A stretch of DNA of 64,000 bases from Epiperipatus broadwayi (GCA_028023455.1 JAQFVV010000007.1:5084001-5148000), one strand, 5' to 3'. Counted from the first letter of the stretch, positions 24,596 to 39,009 are shown. Notes: a model not told the origin generated them from the sequence alone. Numbers and translations: made by a program.

Positions 24596-26517
24596 AAATT
24601 GATATACAAATTTTAAATTTCTGAATACCCTTTCCCTTAATTATATGATTTCTTGATAATCTACAAATGACTTTAATTAACTAGCTAAAGAGAGTTGGAA
24701 TGCTTTTAAAGATAAAAAGTAAATGAAAACAAAGGTAATGGATAAAATAAAAAAGATCTTAAATAAAAGCTTAAAGTATAGTATGGAATCAATATGTTGA
24801 TAAATAAGAATATATATGATTTTTATTTACTTTCTTCCAGAAATCATGTTTAAGTTTTTGGACAAAGCTGCCACTAGAATTTATAAAATCTGGTGCAAAA
24901 GTCAGAATTATTGAAAACATCTAATCATTTACTAATTAGGTTTGGCAAAAATTTATTTTAATAAAATTATCAAGTGGAATTTTTTCAGATGCTAATAGCA
25001 ACAATGAGCTGATTATTAATAAAATAAAGTCTTGTAGGTTAAATTTGTTCTGCAAAATTATTGAGAATTTAAAGTTTTCCATAATTTCTGGTCCACAGAC
25101 AATGAACTTAAATTAGGAAATCTTTCCTATCAAACATATAAACTCTTTATTACTTAATTCATATTTTATTCGTATTTATTTTATCAACAAGCAGTCCTCC
25201 TGTTTTTTTCCCATTAATTTTAATACATAAAATACTCCATACACTTTGTTTTGTTTTTTAAATCCTGATTTATTATATGAATCATTAATTTTTTTATTAT
25301 ATTCTAACATATACTACATTATTATAATCTCTCTCCTAAATTTTGATGATCGTTTATAATCATTTTCAAAGATTATTTCCTGCAATATATATATATATTT
25401 ACAGTAATTTATAAATAATAACACCAATATAATAAAAATTCTTTTACATAATTTTATTTTGTTTGTTTTTTATATTTATTTTTCCATCTTTATGCATTAT
25501 TTATATTTTCTTAATACGAAGTTTTTTTAATTCTAAATTTCTATTTTCTTCTATTTTTTCATCCTTATGCATTATTCATATTATTTTAATACAAAGTTGT
25601 TGTTTTTTTACATGCTAAATTTCTCTATATATTTCAGTTTTATTTTGAAATTAAAAAACGTTATAGTAAGAAAATATAAATAATATATAAAAATGAAAAC
25701 ATGAATATAAAAAAAAGAGGAATGGTATGTATTATAGAATAATTTTTTATTTAAATGGCACTGTTATTTATACATTAGTGTAAACATGTTATATATCACA
25801 TAATGCTATAAATATGGATATGTTTTAAAATAATATCCTTGAAATGATCGTAAAAGATGGTCAAAATATAGGAGCTTATAATGTAATATGGATAAAAATA
25901 TAAAAACAAATGGTTCATATAATAAACCAAGATTTAAAAAGAACACAGTATGTGTATTTTATGTGCTAAAAGATTTTTGGTATTTTTTAAAGTCAATTTT
26001 AACTAAGAAAAAGATACTTTGGCAGAAGCAGTAGCAATTGAAAGAGTAATATTTTTAAAATTTATATATATATAAATTTATGGATATTCTGTAAACTATT
26101 ACTTGTTTTAAATATATAACCAATTAAAAGAAAAAATTTTAAACATAGCAAGTACATTTTTAGCTTAAAACATTTAAATATATAAAAAAGTATTTTTCAG
26201 ATTTTTTATTTTATTTGTGAAAGGTATTTAAAGCATTGGACATTAAATACTTAGCCATAATTTTTCTTTTAGAAATATAAAACAATAGCAAACTAATACT
26301 GTACATATATCTATCTAATTTCCATTAAGAAAATATAATACTATTTATTACACTTTTTTTTTAATATTATAAAAATGAAAAGCAGTTAAGATAGAAGTAG
26401 AAACCTCTTTCTTTAGTGGATTACCAAAATATTTATATATTAAATTTTAGGGAAAAAACAATAAAAGTCAATGAAAATTATTTTCATTTGTTTCATTGGT
26501 TTAAAGAATGATAATAT

Positions 26518-26738
26518 GGACATATTGCTAGAAGATATGATAATAAATGGACAATTGAAATCTTGAACGGAGTTCCAAGAGATTGTAAAAGACCCAGAAA
26601 CGGACCCATGTGAGATGGATGGATGAAATAAGAAAGTGTACATGGGCGATGTGGAGAAGAGAACTAAAGACTGGAGATGGTTTGAACTTGGAGATTATCT
26701 TGTAGTGGATTGATAATGGTTGATGATGATAATGATGA
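26518..26738 (+). mobile_element. RTE LINE 3' stub
   Basis: Matches 41140-41359; ends in a (GAT)n tail. Confidence 0.85.
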
Positions 26739-27482
26739 ATACAGCTTAGAAATAATACTTTAGTTATATTAACAAAAAATATTAATTTGTTTTTGTATTT
26801 GATTGCATTTCAGTTCTTAGCTAGAAAAATCTTGAGACTCCTAATATTTAATGTTTTGCTCCAGGAGACAAAAAGTTCATTTTGGAGCAATCAGCTGGCT
26901 TATGACCAACCCTACATTAGATTTATACTTATGTTTTTACAGGAAATAAATAACAACTAATAGCATAAAAAGTATAAATGAAAAATTAATAAGGTGTGAA
27001 ATATATTTTTGTTATGTTGATGTATTATTTGTTGTTCACTTGTCCACAACGTATTATTATAGAAGACTGCTCAATCAGATTTCTAATATTAAATCCATTA
27101 CTCTGTATCCTTATTATAATATCAAATTTTTATAATAAACAAAATCTTATACAATGAAGGTGTGATATGCTCTCTATTAATAAACATTTCTTCAATTATA
27201 TGCTATCTAAAAAAAGATGTAAATAAACACAAAATAAAAACATTAAAATTTATAAATGTAAATTCTATAATATGGCAAAAGCCACTATCCCATATGTAAA
27301 CATGTTTATTAATGTTTCTTTAGGTTATGTTTTACATAATTCTCCTGAACTACAAGTAGAGGTGACTGTATCAATTCCAAAGTTATGGATTTGAGAACAT
27401 CAAATCATCTGGCTGATAATAAATTAAATATCTTATTATGTGTCATTGGGGGAAGAATGTAGTGAAAAAGGGATGTTTAATT

Positions 27483-27534
27483 GTGATCATGTGATGTTTA
27501 GTGGTTTAAATGGTGATCATGTGATGTTTAGTGG
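27483..27534 (+). repeat. Duplicated 3' tail motif of hammerhead family C
   Basis: GTGATCATGTGATGTTTAGTGG occurs twice; the same motif ends the copies at 38570, 42921 and 60230. Confidence 0.6.
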
Positions 27535-27663
27535 AAATGGATTGGTATATCATTTACTTGAAAAGTTCCAAATCTAACACTATGTTTTCATTTTACTTCT
27601 TAAAAAATATAGATAAAATACAATGGGTTTTTTTAATAAATGTAAATGAATCAACACACTGAT

Positions 27664-30600
27664 TGTATATGTAAATGCAACTTCAACTAATGAACAATTC
27701 CATCTTATTTTGATCAGATTGAGTATTTATCACTACAGACCAATGAATATATGAATATATCCAATAGCAAAAACAAGCCAATAAGTGATGATGTTCGATA
27801 AACTTATTGCTCTCATTGAGGATTGGGATCTGATTATAAATAGGCAGTACATTGAAGATAGAGTGAGACAATAACAAATTACTGTCAGAGCTGAACAGCA
27901 ATACACTTGTTGCTGACCATATGGCTAAAACAGTGAGGAAAGTTCACACTATAACTGGAAGCTTCTAGATCAGTAGTGGCTTGGGTATAGGCACTGTGAA
28001 ACTGCAGCACTGCTTATAACATTCATTCTTTATACTTGGTATATTACATAATCCTTAAACTTAATGTCAGTAGCCAGCCTCTAATTCATGAAAAAATTAG
28101 GAAAGCCCTTGTATGTAACCATGTACTTCACAGTTCTAGTGATGCAGTATTTGGCTGTTATGTGCATGTGCAGGTTCCTGAGATAAGCTGCATACTAGGT
28201 AGAGAGAGCACTGTCATTCATGAAGTGCCAACCCTCTCCCTATTTTTGATAATATTCAATATGACCTTAATGTCTTCTTTTCTTTCTTTATATTTGTACA
28301 TTATATAACCCTTAAGCAATAAAGTAAAACAAGAATAATAGATTTCATTTTTTAAATGTAAGGGTCAAGCTTGAACTGTAACAATTTAGACTATTAGTAA
28401 GTAAAAAAGGTATTTGGGTCCTGCTGTAAAATATTACAGCTGTATTATTCAGGTGATAGTTATTCTAACTTTGTGATCTCATAGAATTATGCCTGCATGA
28501 GATCTTCAGATAAATGGTGACCGATCTAAAATTTTATTTTGAAAAAAAGAAAAAACAAATACATATTTAACCTTATAATTATGACCACCTTTATTCTAAA
28601 AAAAAGAGTCACTGGAATGAACTGAACCTTTTGATGTCTCCAAAATAAAAATGAAAGTGTCTGGGTCATTGTGTCAGCATTTTTTTCATGACATCACAGC
28701 ATAGTTTAAATGTTAAATTAGCAGTGAAAAGAAGATTTTCAGTAATAAGTTTATCCCAATCAGAAAATTATGAAATTCTGAGGTAAAATTTTTTTTTTTT
28801 CATTTTTAAAAGATTGTGGATGTGTTAATTCAGTGTTTATTTACAGATTTGTCTCTGAGGTAGAGTTTCAAACACAGCAGGTGTAATGCTTGTTTCGTTT
28901 TTATCAAGTTTATGTATAATTTTTTTTGTTTGTTTTATTTTATAGAATAATATAACAATGGTTACACATTTTTTGAAGCAGCAACCTCAAAAATTTAAGT
29001 TACAAGCTGCCACTGTGCTAGATATAAACTTAACAGGAGGCGAGCTATCGCAGTACAGTTAAAAATGTTAGGTAAACCTAGAAGGGCACCTAAATCTCTT
29101 GTCAATAGTCACATAGCAGCCATACTCTATAATGAGCCAATGTATCAGACATACATTTATAGCAAAACATAATTTGTATGCATTTGTAAATTAGCGGAAT
29201 AAAAATTAATCGAATTTATAAATGTCTATGTTTATTATATTCGAATATAAACATAACAGATTGGCACAGTCAAATAGTTTTGTTCTTGTGAATTCAAAGA
29301 CTCACCCCTTCCCAGGAGATCTTCATTGATTTTTTAAATCTTTGATATTAATTACAAAAAATTAACAGCAAACATTATTATCACATCATTGAAAGAAAAG
29401 AATCAAACACAAATGATTACTTGCTAACTGTAAAGAAAAGTAAAAAAAAAAAAAAAGTATTCTCTCATACTTGAAAAAACAAACATCCAAATGGCTAATA
29501 TTGGATTATGAAAAGTGTTTATCTAACCTATCCTAAAAATTGACTACCCTGTATGAATTGTATGCTTTTCTATATGCAAACGAATCAAATTTAAAAGTTG
29601 AATTAAGATTAGTAATAACCATTACTCTCTGCAGTTCTCACACATATGAGATCTTACTATTACAAGTAGTTATGATATTTCTAGCTTAGCTTGATTTAAT
29701 AAAGCACTATTCCTATTATCAGACTTTTTCTGCCTAAAACATCACTTCAATATCTGTACACAATGGAGGGGGAGAAAGTGAGAGATTTCCCACTAAAGTC
29801 AGCAAGCTTGCATTTAGCTATGATTTTGGGTATTTTCTTAACAAAGTGTTAAGAGATCATTAGATTTGTGTCAGGTTCAAATTGTTAATAGATCTGAATA
29901 TTATTTTTAAATCTGAAGTTTTACAAACAAGGCTAGCTTAATCTATAGTGGTTTAGACTACTCCATTAACTAAAAGTAGTTCTAGCATTAAAGCCGTAGA
30001 TTCGAAAGTCAGATTGATTAAAGATTTTATCAACCACAACAAACTTAAGATGTCTACTATTGATAATAATATTGTTAGAGTTTGTTATACAGGATGTAGA
30101 TATTTTAAATGTGTCTGTCACATAGAAAGAAGCTGCTCATTTTGAAAGGAAAAGCAAGTCACTCAGAAAAGAAGAAGAGTCCTTTTTCAAAAGGCAGAAA
30201 GTCAATGTAAAAGCTAATAAAGTCAATGCCTGTACAAATAATGTGAGAGGCATTGATTTGGCTTTTAAATGCAGTATTTTTAAATAAAATGAGTGACAAT
30301 GGAACTGGATATGAAATCTGCAATGTTCATTGTATCAAAAACTCATGAACTATTCTTAATATGAAAAATAAACAATAACTGCAAACTAGCACTAATACGA
30401 TCATGAATTACCCAAGTCAATCAAATCCCTCTCTTTAGAGGAACTAAATTCAAAGTTATGATGTCAAAAAAAACTACATATTGGCCTCTTGTTGTGTCTT
30501 CTAGCAAGCATACAATTTATTAGATGATGACTGGTTCAATAACTTAAGCTTTACAGTAACTAAAGTTAATCAGTTCTCAAAAATAAAATCAGAGAGGCTC

Positions 30601-31592
30601 TATCCAGATGTAGTTGATAATAAACATGAAACTAGTTTAGTCATCATGGTCATGAAAACAAACATATGTTACATGTATAATGGAACCATCACATGGATTC
30701 CAGAAATTATGATCAAATTAAAATGATTGCAAAAAATGATCGTTCTAATGAACAGCCATACCACCAGCATAGGAGCAGCTAAGATTGAACTACAAGTCAC
30801 CAGCCAACAGTGAAAATCACCAGTTAGCAATAAATAGTCTACAAGATTCAAAGACACTAAACCTACTAATGAAGACATCAGATCTGCTGATGAAAGTACC
30901 ACATCTGATAAAGATACTGAACCTGATGATAATAATCAGACCTGAAGAAGCCAGGAAGTGATAAGATATTCACCAAAGCATCTCTATGATAACATTTTCC
31001 AGGTCTTATTTCAAATAGCATGAGGAAATGTTATAACCCAACTTATCTTTAATAACAAACTGGTTCCTTGATTAGATTGAGTATTGATTAATTCAAATCA
31101 ATGAAGTATATAAATAGTCAGGTGATGGTGCTCAGTAAATCAGATTGCTCTCATTATAAATGGGAATTTAGTTTTAAATAGAGAGTCCATCTGGATGTAA
31201 AATAAGACAATAACCAAATAACTGTTAGAGCTGAATGTCAGTATGCACAATGTCCACTATATGACTAAAGAAGTGATGCATATTCATGCTAGAACTAGAA
31301 ACTGCTACATATAAACCTGACATGAGGCAATATGTTATAGTACAGCTGGAAATGTCACCATATCTATACCTGAGGTCAGTCATTACTCTACAGTTTGAAA
31401 TGTTAAGTAAATCTAAAGGAGACCTGGAGTCTCTTTCTTCAATAGTTTATGTCAAACTACCGAGCCAAATATATCAGGTGTGGTATAGCAAACATTATTG
31501 TATATGTTTGTAAATGTTATATATATAAGCTGAATAAAATATTTAATCTAATTTGTATGAGTCTGTGTTTATTACATTTATATACAACCACA
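27664..31592 (+). mobile_element. Non-autonomous Gypsy copy 2 (5' LTR interrupted by a hAT element)
   Basis: 5' LTR ~27664-29259, then PBS TGGCACAGTC (29263-29272, tRNA-Ser type with CpG decay). gag remnants at 29500-30150 and protease at 30290-30330 are homologous to copy 1. PPT GAGGAAA, then 3' LTR 31029-~31592. Confidence 0.8.
27971..29015. mobile_element. Non-autonomous hAT-type DNA transposon
   Basis: Termini CAGTAGTGGCTTG and CAAGCTGCCACTG (10/13 inverted match). 8-bp TSD TTCTAGAT / TGCTAGAT (7/8). The host LTR resumes after removal. Confidence 0.75.
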
Positions 31593-31699
31593 TCATGTTT
31601 TCTCTCAGTTTATTATTAATAACTACATTATTATTATTTTAATTTTGTTTCTGCTACAGCCTTAATTTATAATGCATGCTATATACATAAAAAAAACAT

Positions 31700-32910
31700 G
31701 TTACGTGTGTGTTCGTGTTGAAAATACGGTAACATTCACAGTACAGCAACCAAGATGGATTATATTACAATCAAAGATTATCAAAACTTGAACTATTGTA
31801 TGTTTTGAACTACTTGTTATATGTAATGTATGAGGGGGGTAGGGAGTGAAACAAAATATAGCGTATATCGCGGTTTCATTTATTCATTTATAATTTGCGT
31901 GTTTTCTATTTGTCATTAACTATAAAATTTGATAAATTTATCATAGTGTGAAATTGCTTAAAAATTTGCAATTAAAATTATGAAATTTGTTCAAAAATTT
32001 GATATCTTAATTAATTCATTTAATTTTTACAAAATGCGGGAAGTACACAGTGCCGGTGCTAAGAGCTGCATTGTCTCCAGGCTATACGTACTATGACCAA
32101 GAAACATTTGATCACATATGCTAATATATATATTTATTATTAATATGAAATATAAATTTGTTTACAGTTACATTGCATCTTCAATATTTGTTTTCCCGGA
32201 CATTAATTAGAAAGAACATGGTACTAAAATATAAAACAACTGCAATTAAATCGTTTTCTCGAATCAAGCAAATCTAGAAAGTGCGTACATTTAGAAACAA
32301 TACACTTCTTTTTTTAGTAACGATTTTCCAATTTTATTAGCAAAAAGGATTTATCTAAATCATTCCCACGGCGTCACCTAGTAAAATGATACTAAATGAT
32401 TGGCCCCGTAATCAGTATATAAATAACATATTTTTATGTCTTTCGTCATGATAATTTAGAGAGAAATAATTGAAAATTAATACCAGTCATATGAAATGCA
32501 TTTTTCGTCTATTTTTCACTTAGTTCATTTTAAATATGACATGCATCTAGTTTTTGCTTTTTTCTTTGAAATTATTTATCAAGTCTAGCCAGCTAACATA
32601 GCGGCCAGTGAATTCTCGTCTTCCTGTAACATGGCTGTCTAAGCATCTTTTCGCTTATCGCTTTGGAAAAATATATATATTGATTTCGTCGCTAAATAAC
32701 TTCGGCATATGAAACTTTATATTTTTCACAGTAAGTTTCTTTTTATTATTATTTCAGTGTTTAATAGAGTTGTTTATTTATAATACAAAAACGTTGTTAA
32801 TGCCTTAATAATATGGTGCTATGTGGATGTACTGATAGCTCCCCGATAATCGTTTAAAGGGTAAAAACGTAAATTTATAACAAAAATGAAGTGTGTTAGC
32901 GGGCTAACGA
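31700..32910 (+). promoter_or_regulatory. CpG-retaining region: probable host promoter and non-coding first exon
   Basis: About 30 CpGs by eye in ~1.2 kb, against strong depletion in the flanks. Consensus donor CA|GTAAGT at 32731. No ORF. The strand is inferred from the donor only. Confidence 0.5.
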
Positions 32911-33813
32911 TATGTTTTCTACATTTTGTATTATTTTTTAAAGGTTGTTTTAAATGACAGTAATTCATAAACCTCTTTTTTGTTGTATTTTCTTTTTCAT
33001 CAATTATACACCTAATCTGTCAGCTGGTAAATATTGCTTACTGCTGTAACAGTGTTAACAGTTTGTTTGATTAATTTAAAAGATGAATAATCATTGCAAA
33101 AAAAGAAGATTAAGAAACAGTTTTTCTGTTGCTCTTTTTTGCAAAAATATGTGCAGATAAATGATGAAAATACCAATAAAATCTTTTAACTTTTTTTGTA
33201 AAATAGATACTAAAAATATTTTTTTGTTTACATATAAATGGTGTGTGTGTGTGCGTAAATGAAAATGTTAGAAAACTAATGTAGCAAATATTCAGAATGT
33301 GAGGAAAAAATTACTTCAGCAAGAGTTAAGTGAAATATGCACATCCATTATTATTATTATTATATAAGTTTGAAATAATTAGGAGAAAATATGATCAGAT
33401 AACACATTTTTAGACTTATCAAAAGTAAATATGTCTTAGTTAGTCCTGCAATAGCAGAAAAAAAACACGTATCATTCCTAATCACTAATACAAAACGTAG
33501 TATGAATAAACCCATTGAATAGAAAAGACTAGAATTTCTAGGCAGGTATAAAAGTCATTACTTACATAGATACTATCATTTACCGTACATTACAAATTAT
33601 TGCAAATGCTGAAGTAAAGCTTAGTTGAGACTAAAGACAATATTTAGAATATAATATGTCATTTAGCCATTATGTAAAAAATAGGGTATGACTAAATAAA
33701 GATAATAGTTTGTGCACAAAGGTGTAACCAAGAAGAATACTGAAGTGGGGTTTGGTTAACTTCATTTCTAATTAGTGTGTGCTAATATTAAGTACTTATC
33801 CAAACCAGGTTGA

Positions 33814-34057
33814 ACACTTTTTAGCAGAATCCTTTATTGTACATATATACATACATCTTACATTTCGACTATCCTGCAGTCTTCCTCAGAGCTATGATAT
33901 AATGAACAAAGCAAAATAAAATATATAACTATATAAATAATACCTGTAAACAATAAAAAACTAAAAACAACAAAATATATAACAATACACACAATACAGT
34001 CGAAACATAAGATATATGTATATATGTACAATAAAGGATTTTGCTAAAAAGTGTTAT
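33814..34057 (-). repeat. Fold-back insertion of hammerhead family D (57-bp arms at 33814-33870 and 33998-34057)
   Basis: The arms are reverse complements with ~4 mismatches. The minus strand reads T-rich tract, hammerhead, then AATAAA, like a Penelope pseudo-LTR. Confidence 0.75.
33852..33894 (-). ncRNA. Type I minimal hammerhead motif (family D)
   Basis: Minus strand UAGCU-CUGAGGA-A-GACUG(CAGGA)UAGUC-GAAA-UGUA-AGAUG. The other arm has GAAACATA, so the ancestor was probably GAAACGTA (palindromic ACGU). Helix I is imperfect. Confidence 0.65.
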
Positions 34058-35324
34058 ATTTATAAGATATTACAACAAAATAAAGGAAAGGATGATTTTG
34101 GTAATATTAAGTACAGGGATTTTTATTTACACATATATTCATGGAAAAGCATAAAGAAATGAAAGGGTATGATTTCTTTAGAAAATACATGCAGCTTATC
34201 AAGATTATATATTCACACTATTCAGTATACCATAAAGTGTATTCATATATTCTACTTATTTCTATCATTAAAAAAAAAAAAAAAAACTTCTATTATTATA
34301 AGGATACACAGAAAGAAAAAAAAAACATTAACTATTATTTATTGAGGTTCAAAGAATCTATTTACAAATAACAGTTTGTGTTAACAATATTGATGGGTTG
34401 AAGTTATGAGTCTTGTGATTATTATTGCAATAAAAACCTTGAAATAATAAAAAAAAAAAATTATTTTAATCACTAAAAAAAATGAAGAAAAAAAGTTTAT
34501 ATTAAAGCTATTAAAAAGAATTATGATGTTTATATTTAAGTTGATTCTAGATTTATAACAACATGATTCTAGATTTATAACAGCATGATTTTTGATAATA
34601 AATAATATGGCAAAATATTTGCTGATCCAATACTTGCTTTTTAATGATATGGATGTCTAAAATTTATGATAAAATTGTAAAAACTGTGATGATAAAGTAA
34701 ATTATGTTGAACATTAACAAGCTGCCATTACCAGCAATTAATCATTATAATGTTTTACTTTTCTGGCATGTATTATACTAAATGATGATGATCACAAATT
34801 CAGATATTCTTTACTTATTGTTATTAATGTAAAAAAACCCATAAATATTTAAAAATATCTATTTGTTAAATATTTATAATCTGTTTTGATTTTATTATTG
34901 GTCTTATTTTCTAATAAAGTTAAATAGATTTTTTAGAGTCATATACTATTTTTTCTCTCTTCCTTTCATTCATATCAGCATTTATCCATATTAATCACTC
35001 CTTTCATTTAGAGTGATCATTGGGAAATTAAAATATGTCATAATTTAGGATGACTTGTCTCTACAAAAATAATAAAAAAAAGATATCCCAATGTATTTAT
35101 GCACAAGTATGTTCAATTCTCTGCTGAGGGTAGATTAGTGTAACTACTAGGATAAAGCAATTTAGGATTATTCTTTTGCCAGTTTTCCATTATTTGTTTC
35201 TTTTAATTATAAATTTATTTTAGAATCACAAAATAATAAAGTGGCATGTATTTGTAAACATAAAAATTATTTTAATTTGTTGCATTGATTCATAATAATT
35301 AATCTACATAGGGAGTACATCTTC

Positions 35325-35488
35325 AATGTTAAAAGAAGGTTGCCTTGGCAACAGTTTAAAATTGTTGATTGTCATTGATATTGGAATTCCATCTTTATTG
35401 TTAAAAGTAGGTTGCCTTGACATCAGTTTGAAAGTGTTGATTGTTATTGATATTGAGGTTGTCTAAGTGTTGACTGATTTTTAATGAT
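35325..35488 (-). repeat. Unclassified interspersed repeat (family X) with an internal ~72-bp tandem duplication
   Basis: CATTAAAAATCAGTCAACACTTAGACAA-CAATATCAATAACAATCAACA also occurs at 38172-38615 (split) and 48701-48800. Confidence 0.75.
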
Positions 35489-37467
35489 ATATATAATCAT
35501 ATGATTTTATATATATTGTAACGGAATATAATATCCCATCACATTATTTTAAAATTAAAATAAAAGATCATAAATAAAAATTGATTTATTAAAAAGAAAA
35601 AAACTTAATTTAAAAACTGTTTAACGTATATATAGATCACATGATGGACAACTTTAAAAACTTTTAAAAAATAAAAATATTTGAAAGTAATTTTTTTGTA
35701 AAAAAGTAAAGATATAAAGATTGATATTTTAAAAATAGAAATAATGTTGATTTCTATAGTCTTAGAAAATGGAAATGATTGTCTTATTAATTAAATGATT
35801 GTTCAAAAGCAAACTACCTCATGAGGCATGTAAAATAAATTAAATGGTCAGATAAGAGAATACAAAGGAATTAAATGACCAATGCAAACACAAAAATGAC
35901 AGCACGGACCATAACTGAAACACAAATGGATTAGTGACGTCTTGCTCGTTGAATCTCAAGATCTAATGATAAGAGACTAATAAAAATATAAAAGCCAAAT
36001 TATTATTATAATTGTTATCTTAGAGCTGACTATGAATAGATCGTTATAACTAGCTATATTGCAGATTTTCACGATGTGGAAGTCTGCAATAAATTTAATG
36101 TTCCGGACAACCAGTTGAGGCCTCTGGATGACAGTTCCTGACCAAATGCATGGCAAGTCACAGTTTCATTTCAAAGGACAAAATCTACGAAAGTGATCAC
36201 GAAGATGGACTTCTCAATCTATTAAATCCTTAAAGTATGAACTATTGTAACTATCTAATAAGAACTTTCCTAAAATTGCAAGTAATTAATAACTGAAAAT
36301 AAGAACTCTTATCTGACTTAAAGAATGCAAATTCAATTATTGATATTTTTTATGTAGATGTTTAAGCAATCATTTCCATTTCATTTTTTTTTTGTGTGTG
36401 TATTATGTTTTAACTAAAATGTATTAAATTTAAAGTTGGGTGTAGATAGCTGCATGGATAAAGCTTAATAACTATGTTTAAATTCGTTTATGTTTAATTT
36501 AAGGGATTTTAATTTCAGGCTATTTATTTTGTGGTTGTGTCAGTGCTAGTGGAGAGATATATAGACGTTTATATTAATGTAATGTGAAGCATGTTTAGCA
36601 TACAGAGCAACGTGCCCACCTGAATGCATGACCCCAAAGAGGCAGTCATATCGTTGCAATGGTTGCAGATGTATTTCCTGCACCATTAACCCCTTCTAGC
36701 TCTATGGACAGGGATTTATAAGTCGGCAGAAAGACTGCTCTCCCCCCATACGTAGCCCTCTTTAAAATATATATATATGATTCCTTAGTCTGACAGATGC
36801 ACTTTCCTGTTCTAGACATGGATCATTTTCTTCAAATAATATCACGCTGTCAGATGCACATTCCTGTCTGCATGGTTTTATGCTAGCATCTTCATATTGC
36901 ATTGATTGCAACTATATATCTGGAAGCAGGCATTGGGTTGACTACGAACTTTTAGTCTGAGATTGAATGAATGTTTTGATAAGTTTTTAAGTGAAAAAAA
37001 AAATCTATGTAGACTATCTATGCTCGACATGCTAAAGTAAAATATAATTTAAATATCCATCTGTGCGATCTATTTAAAATAGTAATTTAAATTAAAAAAA
37101 AAATATTAATGTTAAAATCTAAAAATAAATTTATTCCTCAATTTTAAATGTGTGTTAATAAAAATCTATTTGTGTGTTAATTACTGGCAGTGGCTTCTTT
37201 TATTTTATTGTTCTAAATATTTAATATATACTTTGAGAATAGAAATCTATTGAAACTTATAAATGTTTAAAATCTCTGCTACTCTATGAGCTAGTGACCT
37301 TGGGCAAACGATCGGAATCCAAATATATAAATTAAAATAAAAAAAATTTTTTTTAAACTTAACGTACCTGCCTACTATATAAATTTTCTAGGTTCAAATG
37401 CCTAGTGGCGCCCTGTAGTGCAGATTACATGAAGTCTCCTCCCCCGATCATTAAAATATATAACTTG

Positions 37468-37795
37468 AGACCATTAAATATAATATGGAAAGGTTTATAT
37501 TAGGAATAAGAAAAAGAGATTGAAAACAAAATATATGGATAAGAAGACAAATAGGTATCATTGAAAGAATTAAAAGATTGAAATGAACCAGATTGGTCAC
37601 TTTGCTAGAAGAATGATAACGGATGGATAGATAAAGGTTTTAAATTAGATCAAGAGATTGTAAAAGAACTAGAAAGAGATCACATGTCACGTAGATTGAT
37701 GAAATATGGAAGCTTGGAGAAACTAGATTAAACTTCATAAATCTTCATTCTGAAGTAGATTGATAATTGTTAAAAATGATGATGATGAAATGATA
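37468..37795 (+). mobile_element. RTE LINE 3' stub
   Basis: Homologous to 41000-41359; (GAT)n tail. Confidence 0.75.
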
Positions 37796-38217
37796 ATCAT
37801 ATGCTTAGCTATTTATGTGATTCTTAAGCATTCTTCTGGCAGATTACTCATTTAACAGTTTTTAAATTAGATTGGGTTTTTTTATATTATATATTTGCCT
37901 TATTTATCTCAGAAATAATTCAGTATCTATCACTCTACTTTGCACACAGGATAATACTTGATAAACTAACAATTTTATACACTTTCCTTTTCAAATATCA
38001 TTCTTCTGTACTTCAGCTTTCAGCTTTGTTCTAAGTGTTAATTATAGGATGAGTTCACTAAAATAAAATTTTTATTAATTTTTAGAAATTCAATTTTGAT
38101 ATGAAAATTGGGGGATTAATGTAAAATAATACTCATACAATGATTAAATATAAAATTGTAATATTTATTTTACCAATCATTAAAAATCAGTCAACACTTA
38201 GATAATCTCAATATCAA

Positions 38218-38570
38218 ACAGGCAAAACTCTTCATACAGTAGGGCCACTCAGTGTTTTTAATTTTAAATTCATAGTTTTGTAGTTAAATAGAGATAAAAG
38301 GTGGCTGCTAGAGAGTTGCATTAGATCCTAAGATCTAAGTGCAGTGCTTTCAGATCCAAGGCTCCTCACTGACAAAGGCCACAAGCCAGAAACTAATCTG
38401 GGGATATTGGATGAGTAGACACTAGATGGGGATTTTAGCACAAACCTTCTGGCATCCATTTATTATTCTGGCTTAAATTGAGTGGCACTACTGTATGGAG
38501 AGTTTTTCCTGTTTTAACAACAGTTATGAGCAAGCATAAGAAATGATGATCATGTGATGTTTAGTGGTTC
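38218..38570 (+). mobile_element. Hammerhead family C insertion with a 5' inverted segment and 14-bp TSD
   Basis: TSD AATCTCAATATCAA (38204-38217) / AATCCCAATATCAA (38571-38584) inside repeat X. 38218-38254 is the inverse of ~38478-38515. Hammerhead TCCTCA-CTGACAA-AGGCCACAAGCCA-GAAA-CTAATC-TGGGGA at 38363-38404. Confidence 0.8.
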
Positions 38571-39009
38571 AATCCCAATATCAATAACAATCAACAATTT
38601 CTAACTGTTACCAATAATACTTTTGATATTTTCATGTCAAATTCATGATCAATTTGCTGAAAACATTAATTTTTTACTGATTTGTACACAATTCCTTTTT
38701 TGGTTCATTACATATTCATTCCTTTGCAATTATTTCTCTCATTGCATACAACTCTGATAGCACTCAGATCACAACTATGGTTATGTTCTCTCTCATGATT
38801 AAGAAAGATGCATTTTTACTATTGTAAATAATCTTGATGATGCTGTTAAAAGTTTACCTGGTTCTGAAGTTTCTCCAATTGAAAAAAATAACAAAATACA
38901 TCATATGCCATTTATTCTTTAACCAAAAAAAAAAATGATTTTTTATAATATTTATTTATTTAGAGTAAATTAACTTGTTATAAATATAATAACCAATATA
39001 CACATTACA

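Noticed and set aside
28400-28900. hAT transposase remnant
   Set aside because: Only faint motif resemblance (FYEI); not enough for a separate call.
36065-36235. Coding exon (AG acceptor, GTATGA donor)
   Set aside because: All three frames contain stops; at most a UTR exon.
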